From assembly GCF_003018255.1 (NCBI RefSeq), contig NZ_CP027440.1: a DNA stretch of 64,000 nt. The stretch is one strand, 5' to 3'. Made by a program: the position numbers and the translations under genes. Position 1 is the first letter of the stretch, and each line of letters opens with the position of its first letter. The DNA comes from Escherichia coli (lineage in GTDB: Bacteria; Pseudomonadota; Gammaproteobacteria; Enterobacterales; Enterobacteriaceae). The notes below the pieces were generated by a model. The model did no database searches. It saw nothing but the letters and a program-made list of their open reading frames with translations, and was not told where the DNA came from. This document shows positions 25,095 to 37,832 of this stretch, piece after piece.

Positions 25095-28000
25095 ATGTTG
25101 TACGATAAATCCCTTGAGAGGGATAACTGTGGTTTCGGCCTGATCGCCCACATAGAAGGCGAACCTAGCCACAAGGTAGTGCGTACTGCAATACACGCAC
25201 TGGCCCGCATGCAGCACCGTGGCGCGATTCTCGCCGATGGTAAAACCGGTGACGGTTGCGGCTTGCTGTTACAAAAACCGGATCGCTTTTTTCGCATCGT
25301 TGCGCAGGAGCGCGGCTGGCGTTTAGCAAAAAACTACGCCGTCGGGATGCTCTTCCTGAATAAAGATCCTGAACTCGCCGCTGCCGCACGCCGCATCGTT
25401 GAAGAAGAGCTGCAACGCGAAACGTTGTCGATTGTGGGCTGGCGTGATGTCCCCACTAACGAAGGCGTGCTGGGTGAAATCGCCCTCTCCTCTCTGCCAC
25501 GCATTGAGCAAATTTTTGTGAACGCCCCGGCAGGCTGGCGTCCGCGCGATATGGAGCGCCGTCTGTTTATCGCCCGCCGCCGCATTGAAAAGCGTCTCGA
25601 AGCCGACAAAGACTTCTACGTCTGTAGCCTGTCGAATCTGGTCAATATTTATAAAGGTCTGTGTATGCCGGCGGATCTGCCGCGCTTCTACCTGGACCTC
25701 GCGGACCTGCGTCTGGAATCGGCTATCTGCCTGTTTCACCAGCGCTTTTCCACTAACACCGTACCGCGCTGGCCGCTGGCGCAGCCGTTCCGCTACCTCG
25801 CGCATAACGGTGAAATCAACACCATCACCGGTAACCGCCAATGGGCGCGTGCGCGTACCTATAAATTCCAGACGCCGCTGATCCCTGACCTGCACGACGC
25901 CGCGCCGTTCGTCAACGAAACCGGCTCTGACTCCAGTTCGATGGATAACATGCTGGAACTCCTGCTGGCAGGCGGGATGGATATCATCCGTGCCATGCGT
26001 CTGTTAGTGCCACCAGCCTGGCAGAACAACCCGGATATGGACCCGGAACTGCGTGCCTTCTTTGACTTTAACTCCATGCATATGGAGCCGTGGGATGGTC
26101 CGGCAGGGATCGTGATGTCCGATGGCCGTTTCGCCGCCTGTAACCTCGACCGTAACGGTCTGCGTCCGGCACGCTACGTCATCACCAAAGATAAACTGAT
26201 CACCTGCGCCTCTGAAGTCGGTATCTGGGATTATCAGCCTGACGAAGTGGTCGAAAAAGGCCGCGTAGGGCCAGGCGAACTGATGGTGATCGACACTCGC
26301 AGTGGGCGCATTCTACACTCGGCAGAAACCGATGATGACCTGAAAAGCCGCCATCCCTATAAAGAGTGGATGGAGAAAAACGTCCGCCGTCTGGTACCGT
26401 TTGAAGATCTGCCCGATGAAGAAGTGGGTAGCCGCGAACTGGACGACGACACGCTTGCCAGCTACCAGAAACAATTTAACTACAGCGCGGAAGAGCTGGA
26501 TTCGGTGATCCGCGTACTGGGTGAAAACGGTCAGGAAGCGGTCGGTTCGATGGGCGACGATACCCCATTCGCCGTGCTCTCCAGCCAGCCGCGCATTATT
26601 TACGACTACTTCCGCCAGCAGTTTGCTCAGGTAACCAACCCGCCAATCGACCCGCTGCGCGAAGCGCATGTTATGTCGCTCGCCACCAGTATCGGTCGTG
26701 AAATGAACGTCTTCTGTGAAGCAGAAGGCCAGGCGCACCGTTTAAGCTTTAAATCGCCGATTCTGCTCTATTCCGATTTCAAACAGCTCACGACGATGAA
26801 AGAGGATCACTACCGCGCAGATACGCTGGATATCACCTTTGACGTCACTAAAACCACGCTCGAAGCGACGGTGAAAGAGCTGTGCGACAAAGCCGAAAAA
26901 ATGGTACGTAGTGGCACCGTGCTGCTGGTGCTCTCCGACCGGAATATCGCTAAAGATCGCCTGCCGGTTCCGGCTCCGATGGCGGTTGGCGCGATCCAGA
27001 CCCGTCTTGTCGAGCAAAGCCTGCGTTGCGATGCCAACATCATCGTAGAAACCGCCAGCGCCCGTGATCCGCACCACTTCGCCGTGTTGCTGGGTTTCGG
27101 CGCGACGGCTATTTATCCATACCTTGCCTATGAAACGCTGGGCCGCCTGGTAGACACCCACGCGATTGCCAAAGATTATCGTACCGTGATGCTCAACTAT
27201 CGTAACGGCATCAACAAAGGCTTGTACAAAATCATGTCCAAAATGGGCATCTCCACCATCGCCTCTTACCGCTGCTCGAAACTGTTTGAAGCGGTCGGTC
27301 TGCACGATGATGTCGTGGGCCTGTGCTTCCAGGGGGCGGTTAGCCGCATTGGGGGGGCTAGCTTTGAAGACTTCCAGCAGGATCTGCTGAATCTGTCGAA
27401 ACGAGCCTGGCTGGCGCGTAAGCCTATCAGCCAGGGCGGCCTGCTGAAATACGTGCACGGTGGCGAATACCACGCCTACAATCCGGACGTGGTGCGCACG
27501 CTGCAACAGGCGGTACAGAGCGGCGAGTATAGCGACTATCAGGAATACGCGAAGCTGGTTAATGAGCGTCCGGCAACCACGCTACGCGATCTGCTGGCAA
27601 TTACGCCGGGTGAAAACGCGGTCAACATTGCTGATGTTGAACCGGCAAGCGAACTGTTTAAACGCTTCGATACCGCCGCGATGTCTATCGGCGCGTTAAG
27701 CCCGGAAGCCCACGAGGCGCTGGCGGAAGCGATGAACAGCATCGGCGGTAACTCAAACTCCGGCGAAGGCGGTGAAGACCCGGCGCGCTATGGCACTAAC
27801 AAAGTGTCGCGCATCAAGCAGGTGGCGTCCGGTCGCTTCGGCGTTACTCCGGCGTACCTGGTCAATGCCGACGTCATTCAGATAAAAGTCGCCCAGGGCG
27901 CGAAGCCGGGTGAAGGTGGTCAGTTACCGGGTGATAAAGTCACTCCTTACATTGCCAAACTGCGCTATTCGGTGCCGGGCGTGACGCTGATCTCCCCGCC

Positions 28001-29555
28001 GCCGCACCACGATATCTACTCTATTGAGGATTTAGCGCAGCTGATTTTCGACCTCAAGCAGGTTAACCCGAAAGCGATGATCTCCGTGAAGCTGGTTTCC
28101 GAACCGGGCGTAGGCACCATCGCGACTGGCGTGGCAAAAGCTTATGCCGATTTAATCACCATCGCAGGCTATGACGGCGGCACCGGCGCAAGTCCGCTTT
28201 CATCGGTGAAATACGCAGGCTGTCCGTGGGAGCTGGGGCTTGTTGAAACCCAACAGGCGCTGGTTGCCAACGGCTTGCGTCACAAGATCCGTTTGCAGGT
28301 CGATGGCGGCCTGAAAACGGGTGTCGATATCATCAAAGCAGCGATTCTTGGCGCGGAAAGTTTTGGCTTCGGCACTGGCCCGATGGTAGCGCTTGGCTGT
28401 AAATATCTGCGAATTTGCCACCTGAACAACTGCGCCACGGGTGTAGCAACTCAGGATGACAAACTGCGTAAGAATCACTATCACGGCCTGCCGTTCAAAG
28501 TGACTAATTACTTTGAGTTTATCGCCCGTGAAACCCGCGAGCTGATGGCACAGCTGGGGGTAACGCGTCTGGTGGATCTGATTGGTCGCACCGACCTGCT
28601 GAAAGAGCTGGACGGTTTCACCGCCAAACAGCAGAAACTGGCACTGTCGAAGCTGCTGGAGACTGCTGAGCCGCATGCTGGTAAAGCGCTCTACTGCACC
28701 GAAAACAACCCGCCGTTTGATAACGGCCTGCTGAACGCGCAGTTGCTGCAACAGGCAAAACCGTTTGTCGATGAACGCCAGAGCAAAACCTTCTGGTTCG
28801 ATATCCGCAACACCGACCGTTCTGTCGGCGCATCGCTTTCAGGCTATATCGCCCAGACGCACGGCGATCAGGGGCTGGCTGCCGATCCTATCAAAGCGTA
28901 CTTCAACGGCACCGCAGGCCAGAGCTTCGGCGTGTGGAACGCGGGCGGCGTGGAACTGTACCTGACCGGTGATGCCAACGACTATGTCGGTAAAGGCATG
29001 GCGGGCGGCTTAATCGCCATTCGTCCTCCGGTTGGCTCAGCCTTCCGCAGCCATGAAGCGAGCATTATCGGCAACACCTGCCTGTATGGCGCGACCGGTG
29101 GTCGTCTGTATGCCGCAGGCCGCGCGGGTGAACGTTTCGGCGTGCGTAACTCCGGTGCTATCACCGTGGTAGAAGGCATTGGCGACAACGGCTGTGAATA
29201 TATGACGGGTGGTATCGTCTGTATTCTGGGTAAAACCGGCGTTAACTTCGGCGCAGGCATGACTGGCGGCTTCGCTTACGTTCTCGATGAAAGCGGCGAT
29301 TTCCGCAAACGCGTTAACCCGGAACTGGTCGAGGTCTTAAGCGTTGACGATCTGGCGATCCATGAAGAGCATCTGCGCGGTCTTATCACCGAGCATGTTC
29401 AGCATACCGGTTCTCAGCGCGGTGAAGAGATTCTGGCGAACTGGTCAACCTTCGCCACTAAATTTGCGCTGGTTAAACCGAAGTCCAGTGATGTAAAAGC
29501 ACTGCTGGGTCACCGTAGTCGTAGCGCAGCAGAGTTGCGCGTGCAGGCGCAGTAA
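25095..29555 (+). CDS. gltB: Glutamate synthase (NADPH) large subunit
   Basis: The 1486 aa form starts at MLYDKSLERDN|CGFGLIAHIEG (Ntn-amidotransferase Cys after a short propeptide) and has FMN and 3Fe-4S domains. The ORF stays open upstream to in-frame ATGs at 24987 and 25002 (older, longer annotation). Confidence 0.97.
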   Translation: MLYDKSLERDNCGFGLIAHIEGEPSHKVVRTAIHALARMQHRGAILADGKTGDGCGLLLQKPDRFFRIVAQERGWRLAKNYAVGMLFLNKDPELAAAARRIVEEELQRETLSIVGWRDVPTNEGVLGEIALSSLPRIEQIFVNAPAGWRPRDMERRLFIARRRIEKRLEADKDFYVCSLSNLVNIYKGLCMPADLPRFYLDLADLRLESAICLFHQRFSTNTVPRWPLAQPFRYLAHNGEINTITGNRQWARARTYKFQTPLIPDLHDAAPFVNETGSDSSSMDNMLELLLAGGMDIIRAMRLLVPPAWQNNPDMDPELRAFFDFNSMHMEPWDGPAGIVMSDGRFAACNLDRNGLRPARYVITKDKLITCASEVGIWDYQPDEVVEKGRVGPGELMVIDTRSGRILHSAETDDDLKSRHPYKEWMEKNVRRLVPFEDLPDEEVGSRELDDDTLASYQKQFNYSAEELDSVIRVLGENGQEAVGSMGDDTPFAVLSSQPRIIYDYFRQQFAQVTNPPIDPLREAHVMSLATSIGREMNVFCEAEGQAHRLSFKSPILLYSDFKQLTTMKEDHYRADTLDITFDVTKTTLEATVKELCDKAEKMVRSGTVLLVLSDRNIAKDRLPVPAPMAVGAIQTRLVEQSLRCDANIIVETASARDPHHFAVLLGFGATAIYPYLAYETLGRLVDTHAIAKDYRTVMLNYRNGINKGLYKIMSKMGISTIASYRCSKLFEAVGLHDDVVGLCFQGAVSRIGGASFEDFQQDLLNLSKRAWLARKPISQGGLLKYVHGGEYHAYNPDVVRTLQQAVQSGEYSDYQEYAKLVNERPATTLRDLLAITPGENAVNIADVEPASELFKRFDTAAMSIGALSPEAHEALAEAMNSIGGNSNSGEGGEDPARYGTNKVSRIKQVASGRFGVTPAYLVNADVIQIKVAQGAKPGEGGQLPGDKVTPYIAKLRYSVPGVTLISPPPHHDIYSIEDLAQLIFDLKQVNPKAMISVKLVSEPGVGTIATGVAKAYADLITIAGYDGGTGASPLSSVKYAGCPWELGLVETQQALVANGLRHKIRLQVDGGLKTGVDIIKAAILGAESFGFGTGPMVALGCKYLRICHLNNCATGVATQDDKLRKNHYHGLPFKVTNYFEFIARETRELMAQLGVTRLVDLIGRTDLLKELDGFTAKQQKLALSKLLETAEPHAGKALYCTENNPPFDNGLLNAQLLQQAKPFVDERQSKTFWFDIRNTDRSVGASLSGYIAQTHGDQGLAADPIKAYFNGTAGQSFGVWNAGGVELYLTGDANDYVGKGMAGGLIAIRPPVGSAFRSHEASIIGNTCLYGATGGRLYAAGRAGERFGVRNSGAITVVEGIGDNGCEYMTGGIVCILGKTGVNFGAGMTGGFAYVLDESGDFRKRVNPELVEVLSVDDLAIHEEHLRGLITEHVQHTGSQRGEEILANWSTFATKFALVKPKSSDVKALLGHRSRSAAELRVQAQ

Positions 29556-30986
<1,431 letters not shown>

Positions 30987-31168
30987 GCCTGTCCCAGCGC
31001 CGCCTCCTCAGAAAAGAGTCGGCGCTGAAATTCTCCTTTCTTTCTGGAAAGCGCCTCGCATAATCTGAAGAAAACCAATGTAATACGCTCATCTGGATTG
31101 TTACCGGTAGATGCCCGGCGTATAGCTGATTCCATTATTCAACGCAGCGCCATATAAAGGGACAGATA

Positions 31169-32296
31169 ATGGAATCGCTCTCAGAGAGAACCTCAACAGG
31201 CTACCAGCAAATCCACGACGGTATTATTCACCTGGTCGATAGCGCCCGGACGGAAACGGTACGTAGCGTTAACGCGCTGATGACCGCGACATACTGGGAA
31301 ATTGGCCGACGAATTGTCGAATTTGAACAAGGTGGCGAGGCCAGGGCTGCGTATGGTGCGCAGCTAATCAAGCGACTATCAAAGGATTTAAGTCTAAGGT
31401 ATAAGCGTGGGTTCTCTGCAAAAAACTTACGCCAAATGAGGCTTTTTTACCTCTTTTTTCAACATGTTGAAATTCGCCAGACAGTGTCTGGCGAATTAAC
31501 ACCATTGGGAATTCCGCAGACACCATCTGCAGAATTCCCATCGGCAAAGATTTGGCAGACGCTGTCTGCCAAATCTTTCCCCCTGCCCTGGTCCACCTAC
31601 GTCCGTTTACTTTCCGTTAAAAACCCTGATGCCCGCAGCTTTTATGAAAAAGAGACGCTCCGCTGTGGTTGGTCTGTCCGCCAGCTAGAGCGGCAAATTA
31701 CGACCCAATTTTATGAGCGAACACTACTGTCACATGACAAATCAGCCATGCTGCAACAACACGCTCCTGCCGAGATGCATATTCTTCCGCAACAGGCGAT
31801 ACGCGATCCCTTTGTGCTCGAATTTCTGGAGTTGAAAGATGAATACTCAGAATCTGATTTTGAGGAGGCGCTGATCAACCACCTGATGGATTTCATGCTG
31901 GAACTTGGGGATGATTTTGCCTTTGTTGGTCGGCAGCGAAGGTTACGCATTGATGACAACTGGTTTCGGGTCGATCTGCTGTTTTTCCACCGCCGTTTAC
32001 GCTGCCTGCTAATCGTCGATCTAAAAGTGGGCAAATTCAGCTATAGCGATGCCGGACAGATGAATATGTATCTCAACTACGCCAAAGAGCACTGGACACT
32101 ACCGGATGAAAATCCGCCCATCGGTCTGGTTCTCTGTGCAGAGAAAGGAGCCGGCGAAGCGCATTATGCACTGGCTGGTTTGCCTAACACCGTTCTGGCG
32201 AGTGAATATAAGATGCAACTACCTGATGAAAAACGACTCGCGGATGAACTCGTTCGAACACAGGCGGTGTTAGAGGAAGGCTATAGACGCCGTTAA
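31169..32296 (+). CDS. yhcG: DUF1016-family PD-(D/E)xK nuclease-like protein YhcG
   Basis: The 375 aa ORF is recognised as YhcG. Its C-terminal half has a restriction-endonuclease-like core (EfleLKDE.. / FRVDLLFF / LLIVDLKVGK). Confidence 0.9.
   Translation: MESLSERTSTGYQQIHDGIIHLVDSARTETVRSVNALMTATYWEIGRRIVEFEQGGEARAAYGAQLIKRLSKDLSLRYKRGFSAKNLRQMRLFYLFFQHVEIRQTVSGELTPLGIPQTPSAEFPSAKIWQTLSAKSFPLPWSTYVRLLSVKNPDARSFYEKETLRCGWSVRQLERQITTQFYERTLLSHDKSAMLQQHAPAEMHILPQQAIRDPFVLEFLELKDEYSESDFEEALINHLMDFMLELGDDFAFVGRQRRLRIDDNWFRVDLLFFHRRLRCLLIVDLKVGKFSYSDAGQMNMYLNYAKEHWTLPDENPPIGLVLCAEKGAGEAHYALAGLPNTVLASEYKMQLPDEKRLADELVRTQAVLEEGYRRR
31471..31578. repeat. Three consecutive long palindromes inside yhcG
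   Basis: 31471-31497 is AATTCGCCAGACAgTGTCTGGCGAATT (13-bp perfect arms). 31506-31540 is TGGGAATTCcGCAGAcaccaTCTGCaGAATTCCCA (15-bp arms, 1 mismatch). 31546-31578 is AAAGATTTGGCAGACgctGTCTGCCAAATCTTT (15-bp perfect arms). All three share a GCAGAC/CCAGAC..GTCTG core. Confidence 0.9.
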
Positions 32297-32311
32297 TTTC
32301 AGCGGTTTCGA

Positions 32312-32336
32312 ATTCTCCAGACACTGTCTGGAGAAT
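32312..32336. repeat. Fourth copy of the yhcG palindrome family; also the likely terminator hairpin between convergent yhcG and nanQ
   Basis: ATTCTCCAGACAcTGTCTGGAGAAT has 12-bp perfect arms and lies 16 nt after the yhcG TAA. It is near-identical to the 31471-31497 copy. Confidence 0.85.
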
Positions 32337-32355
32337 CTTTAAAACGAACTAAGTT

Positions 32356-33688
<1,333 letters not shown>

Positions 33689-33692
<4 letters not shown>

Positions 33693-34378
33693 AGCACCGC
33701 CTTTTTCATCGCTGTGTTGTACCACTGACAAATGTGTTCAAGACGCGTAATGGCAGAACCGACCGTCACCGCCCACGCGCCGTGGCGCATCGCATCTGCC
33801 GCCTGAGCAGGCGTGTTGTAACGCCCTTCGGCAATCACCCGACATCCGGCGTCGCTCAACGTTTTCACCAGCGCCAGATCCGGCTCTTCTGGCGTTTCAG
33901 GCGTGGTATAGCCAGAAAGCGTAGTGCCAATAATTTCGGCTCCCAGCTTTTGGCATGCCAGGCCGTCTTCCGGCGTTGAGCAGTCGGTCATCGCCAGTAA
34001 ACCGTGATGGTGAATACGTGCCAGCAGCGTTTCAACAGGCACCGGACGCGGTCGGTCGGTGCCGTCAATGGCGATAATGTCCGCGCCCGCCTGCGCCAGC
34101 GCATCAACATCTTCAATATAGGCCGTGATGCGTACCGGAGAATCCTCCAGATCGCGTTTCACAATCCCGATAATTGGCACGCTCACCACCGCACGCGTGG
34201 CTTGCAGATTTGCCACACCTTCAATGCGAATGGCAACCGCGCCCGCCTGTTCTGCCGCTAATGCCATGGCGGCGACGATTTCGGGTTTATCGAGCGGGCT
34301 GTCCGGAACCGGCTGGCAGGAGACAATCAGGCCACCGTTAGCAGCGATTTTTTGATCCAGTTGTGCAAGTAACGACAT
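33689..34378 (-). CDS. nanE: N-acetylmannosamine-6-phosphate 2-epimerase
   Basis: The canonical 229 aa form starts at [23 protein letters not shown] and is preceded by AAGGGAAG. Confidence 0.96.
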
Positions 34379-34425
34379 ACATCTTCCCTTAGCGAAAGGC
34401 CCGGTACAGAGACCGGGCAACAGGA

Positions 34426-35916
34426 TTAACTTTTGGTTTTGACTAAATCGTTTTTGGCGCGGCCAAATGGCACGGCACCGCTAAATGGTTTGCCGTCGAT
34501 AGCGTCATGAGTACGCAATGCTTCCGGGCGCAGCCAACGCTGAACGCGGGAAGGCATATCCAGACCAATCAGCAGGATCACCACAAATGTCAGACTGAAC
34601 GAGAGCGATGCCAGCGCAGTACCCAGATCCAGACGTTGAGCGATCAACGCGCCGATGATTGGGGCCAGTGCACCGCCCAATGCGCCGACGTTGTAGGTAA
34701 AGCCCAGGCCCGCTGCACGCTGGTCGGTATCGAAATAACCGCCAATCAGTTTCGGTAAGATCCCGGCGATCCCTTGTCCAAGCATTTGCTGGAAGAACAG
34801 TAACAGACCGAGCACCCAGACGTTTGCGCCGCCAATCGCAAATACCGGAATAATCAGCAGCTGCGAGGCCAGCAGACTACAAACGTACGCTTTGCGGGTT
34901 CCCAGCCAGTCACCGAGGAAGCCACCGACGCAGCACCCCACCGCCGCGCCAAAGCCACTAAAGAACAGCACATTGGCGACAGTATGCGGGTCATAAGCCA
35001 GATCGGTTTTCAGATACGTTGGCAGCAGCGCCTGAATCGGCCATGAGTAGAGGAAAGCAAACAACACGACCACCATCAGCATTACGCCCGTTGGCCAGCG
35101 TTTGCCCGTACTCTGCACCATAAAGCTGATAAAGATTGCGGCGCATAACAGCCCGAGTACAGCGACGATTGCGGCATTTTGCAGGTTACCGGCGAAGCAG
35201 AACCACAGCGCAGTAGCCGCCGCCAGCGTCATTACGATATTGGCAATGCGATGTTCACCACGGTAAAGAATGTCTACCATCGTGCGTACTGGTGCTTTAC
35301 CCCCGTGTTTCTCTTTCCAGTCTTCCGCTTCCGGGATGTTTTTACGCAGCCAGAGAGCAAAGATGATTGGCAAAATGCCGATAAAGAACAGCGCTCTCCA
35401 GCCCCAGACCGGAACCACCAGACTATAGACCTGAGCGGCAACGACGGCCCCCACAGAGAAGCCTGAAATCAAAAAACCACTGGCTTTGTTACGCAGATGT
35501 TTTGGCCAGCTTTCAATGACATAGGTGGCGCTGGAACCGTATTCACCCGCCATCCCCATGCCGATGACCAGACGCGCGATAAACATGGTGATGTAGCCTG
35601 GCGCAAAGCCGCAGGCCAGCGTCCCGGCCGAGAAGAGAACGATGCTGGTGACCATTGCCAGACGACGCCCGTAGCGGTCACCCATAGCGCCGAGCATCAG
35701 GCCGCCGAACCAGCGAGAGATAAAGGCTGCGGAGATCAGACTTGCCGCCTGCACCGTCGTCAGCCCGAATTCACCCTGTACTTCGGTGAGTACCAGGGCG
35801 ATTAAAACGAAATCAAAACCGTCAAGCAGATATCCCAACCAGGCAGCGGAAAATGCGCGCCATTGTGCACGGTTGAGATGGCGATACCACGGGATATTCT
35901 GGGTTGTAGTACTCAT
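34426..35916 (-). CDS. nanT: Sialic acid:H+ symporter (MFS)
   Basis: The canonical 496 aa form starts at [19 protein letters not shown]. The MFS motif [10 protein letters not shown] is present. Confidence 0.97.
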
Positions 35917-35987
35917 TGTGAGTCTCCCGCGGTGGGCGATGCCCACACGCTTTGGTATGAAAATTGTAGGGTACAGATGCGTTTATT

Positions 35988-36020
35988 TCCCCTCACCCGG
36001 TAGGGGCGAGCGAGGGGAAA
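35988..36020. repeat. GC-rich imperfect palindrome (BoxC-like extragenic repeat)
   Basis: TTCCCCTCacccggtaggggcgagcGAGGGGAA lies between nanA and nanT. It shares the TTCCCCTCACCC...GCGAGGGGA ends with the copy at 53837-53869. Confidence 0.6.
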
Positions 36021-36025
36021 ACAAC

Positions 36026-36919
36026 TCACCCGCGCTCTTGCATCAACTGCTGGGCCAGCGCCTTCAGTTCTGGCAGATATTTTTCATCTACCGGTCCAAA
36101 CGGTTTGCGGCACAGCGGCACAGAAACGACATCCATATAATGCAGGACAGTTTTCAGGCCGCGGAATACGCCCGTTTTGATCAGTAAATCAATGACTTTG
36201 TTGCACTCAGTTTGCAGTTTCTGCGCGGTCTGGATATCGCCTTCTTTCAGCGCCTTCACGATCCCCTGATATCGCCAGCCCATGATGTTGTAAGTACTGC
36301 CGATACCACCATCAGCGCCTGCCAGCAAGCCGGAAGCGAAGATTTCGTCGTAACCGTTATAGAGCACCAGATCAGGATGTTCACGACGGATCTGTTCCAT
36401 CTGATAGAGATCGCCAGAAGTCTGTTTCAGCGCACCGACGCCAGGCAACGTAACCAGGGTGTTGATCTGATCCAGGGTCAGTTTTACCCCACTCAGGGCT
36501 GGAATGTTGTACACCACCATCGGCAAACCATCCGCCGAATCAATAATTGCCCGATAGTGATCGCAGTGTTCTTCAAAGCTGAAAGGATAGTAGAACGGCG
36601 TGACGGCGGAGACGGCATCGAAGCCATAACGTTTAGCCGATGCCGCAAGTTGTTGGCTTTCGGCGGTGCTGACGCAACCGACGTGGGCGATGAGTTTAAT
36701 CTTACCTTTCGCCTCTTCAGCGACGATTTCCAGTACCTGTTCACGCTCGGAAAGGCTTTGTACAAAGGCTTCGCCGGTAGAACCACCCACGTATAAACCG
36801 TCGATGCCCTGCTGAATATTGAACTGAACCAGGCGACGCAGACTCGCTTTATCCAGTGCTTGTTGTTGATCAAAAGGAGTCAGGAGTGCGGCCATTACGC
36901 CACGTAAATTCGTTGCCAT
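36026..36919 (-). CDS. nanA: N-acetylneuraminate lyase
   Basis: The 297 aa ORF begins [20 protein letters not shown].. and is a DHDPS-family aldolase recognised as NanA. Confidence 0.98.
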
Positions 36920-36954
36920 AAATACCTCTGAAGTGATGCTTATCTGATAAACGA

Positions 36955-36977
36955 TATACCTTTATACCTGTTATACC
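36955..36977 (-). promoter_or_regulatory. NanR operator (three GGTATA repeats) in the nanA promoter
   Basis: The minus strand reads GGTATAacaGGTATAaaGGTATA, the known NanR binding site, 36 nt upstream of the nanA ATG. Confidence 0.85.
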
Positions 36978-37040
36978 AGATCAATTAAGCAACACCCCAT
37001 ACAGAAAGCTTATAATGCGATCTGCTTCACTAAAGTGGCA

Positions 37041-37832
37041 TTATTTCTTTTTGTTGGTGGTCTGACCGAAGGCGTGCCAGGTAGCAGAGACGCTGTTGAG
37101 ATGCGATTGCAACGCACGATCGGCTTCATCGGGATCGTGGCGGCGGATCGCGTCAACGATCGCAATATGCTGTTGATAGCTAACGTTGTTATGCTCGTGC
37201 AGAGCCTGATCAGCCACGGTTGGACGTGCGGCGATCAGCCAGTCGAGCAAGGCAACGTGGATCGCCATGAAGATTGGGTTACCGGGGATCTCCGCCAGCA
37301 CGCGGTGGAAATCAACGTCTGAACGAATGAATGCCGCGTTGTTATCCAGCGACTGACTGTTGATTTCCAGTGCTTTTGCCAGCAAATCGATTTGCTCATC
37401 GGTGGCGTGTTCAGCCGCATAGCGCACCAGGCTGGATTCAAAGAACAGACGTAATTGTTCGAAATGGGCAATCCCGCCAGGATGAGAAAGGAAATCTTTC
37501 GCCATGCCGGAAAGCTCGCCGATGATGGTGTCCGCAGAAGGACGTGAGACGCGAGCGCGTTCGCCGTTGTTTATCTGCACCAGACCTTTGCGTTTTAACG
37601 CTGCCAGCGCTTCGCGCACCGAAGGACGCCCGACGTTAAAGAACGCCATCAGTTCGCGTTCAGACGGTAATTGTTCACCTTCGCCAAATTCACGACGGCG
37701 GATCATCTGTTCCAGCTCTTCTTCCACCATTTCGGAGAGTTTTTTACGCGCCAGCGGGCGGCTGCGTAAGTTGCGGCCAATTGCAGGTGAAGAATCTTCG
37801 GTTTGCGAATCAAATGCGTTCATAAGGCCCAT
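37041..37832 (-). CDS. nanR: GntR/FadR-family repressor of sialic acid catabolism
   Basis: The 263 aa ORF has the wHTH motif [22 protein letters not shown] and is recognised as NanR. Confidence 0.97.
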   Translation of the reverse strand: MGLMNAFDSQTEDSSPAIGRNLRSRPLARKKLSEMVEEELEQMIRRREFGEGEQLPSERELMAFFNVGRPSVREALAALKRKGLVQINNGERARVSRPSADTIIGELSGMAKDFLSHPGGIAHFEQLRLFFESSLVRYAAEHATDEQIDLLAKALEINSQSLDNNAAFIRSDVDFHRVLAEIPGNPIFMAIHVALLDWLIAARPTVADQALHEHNNVSYQQHIAIVDAIRRHDPDEADRALQSHLNSVSATWHAFGQTTNKKK

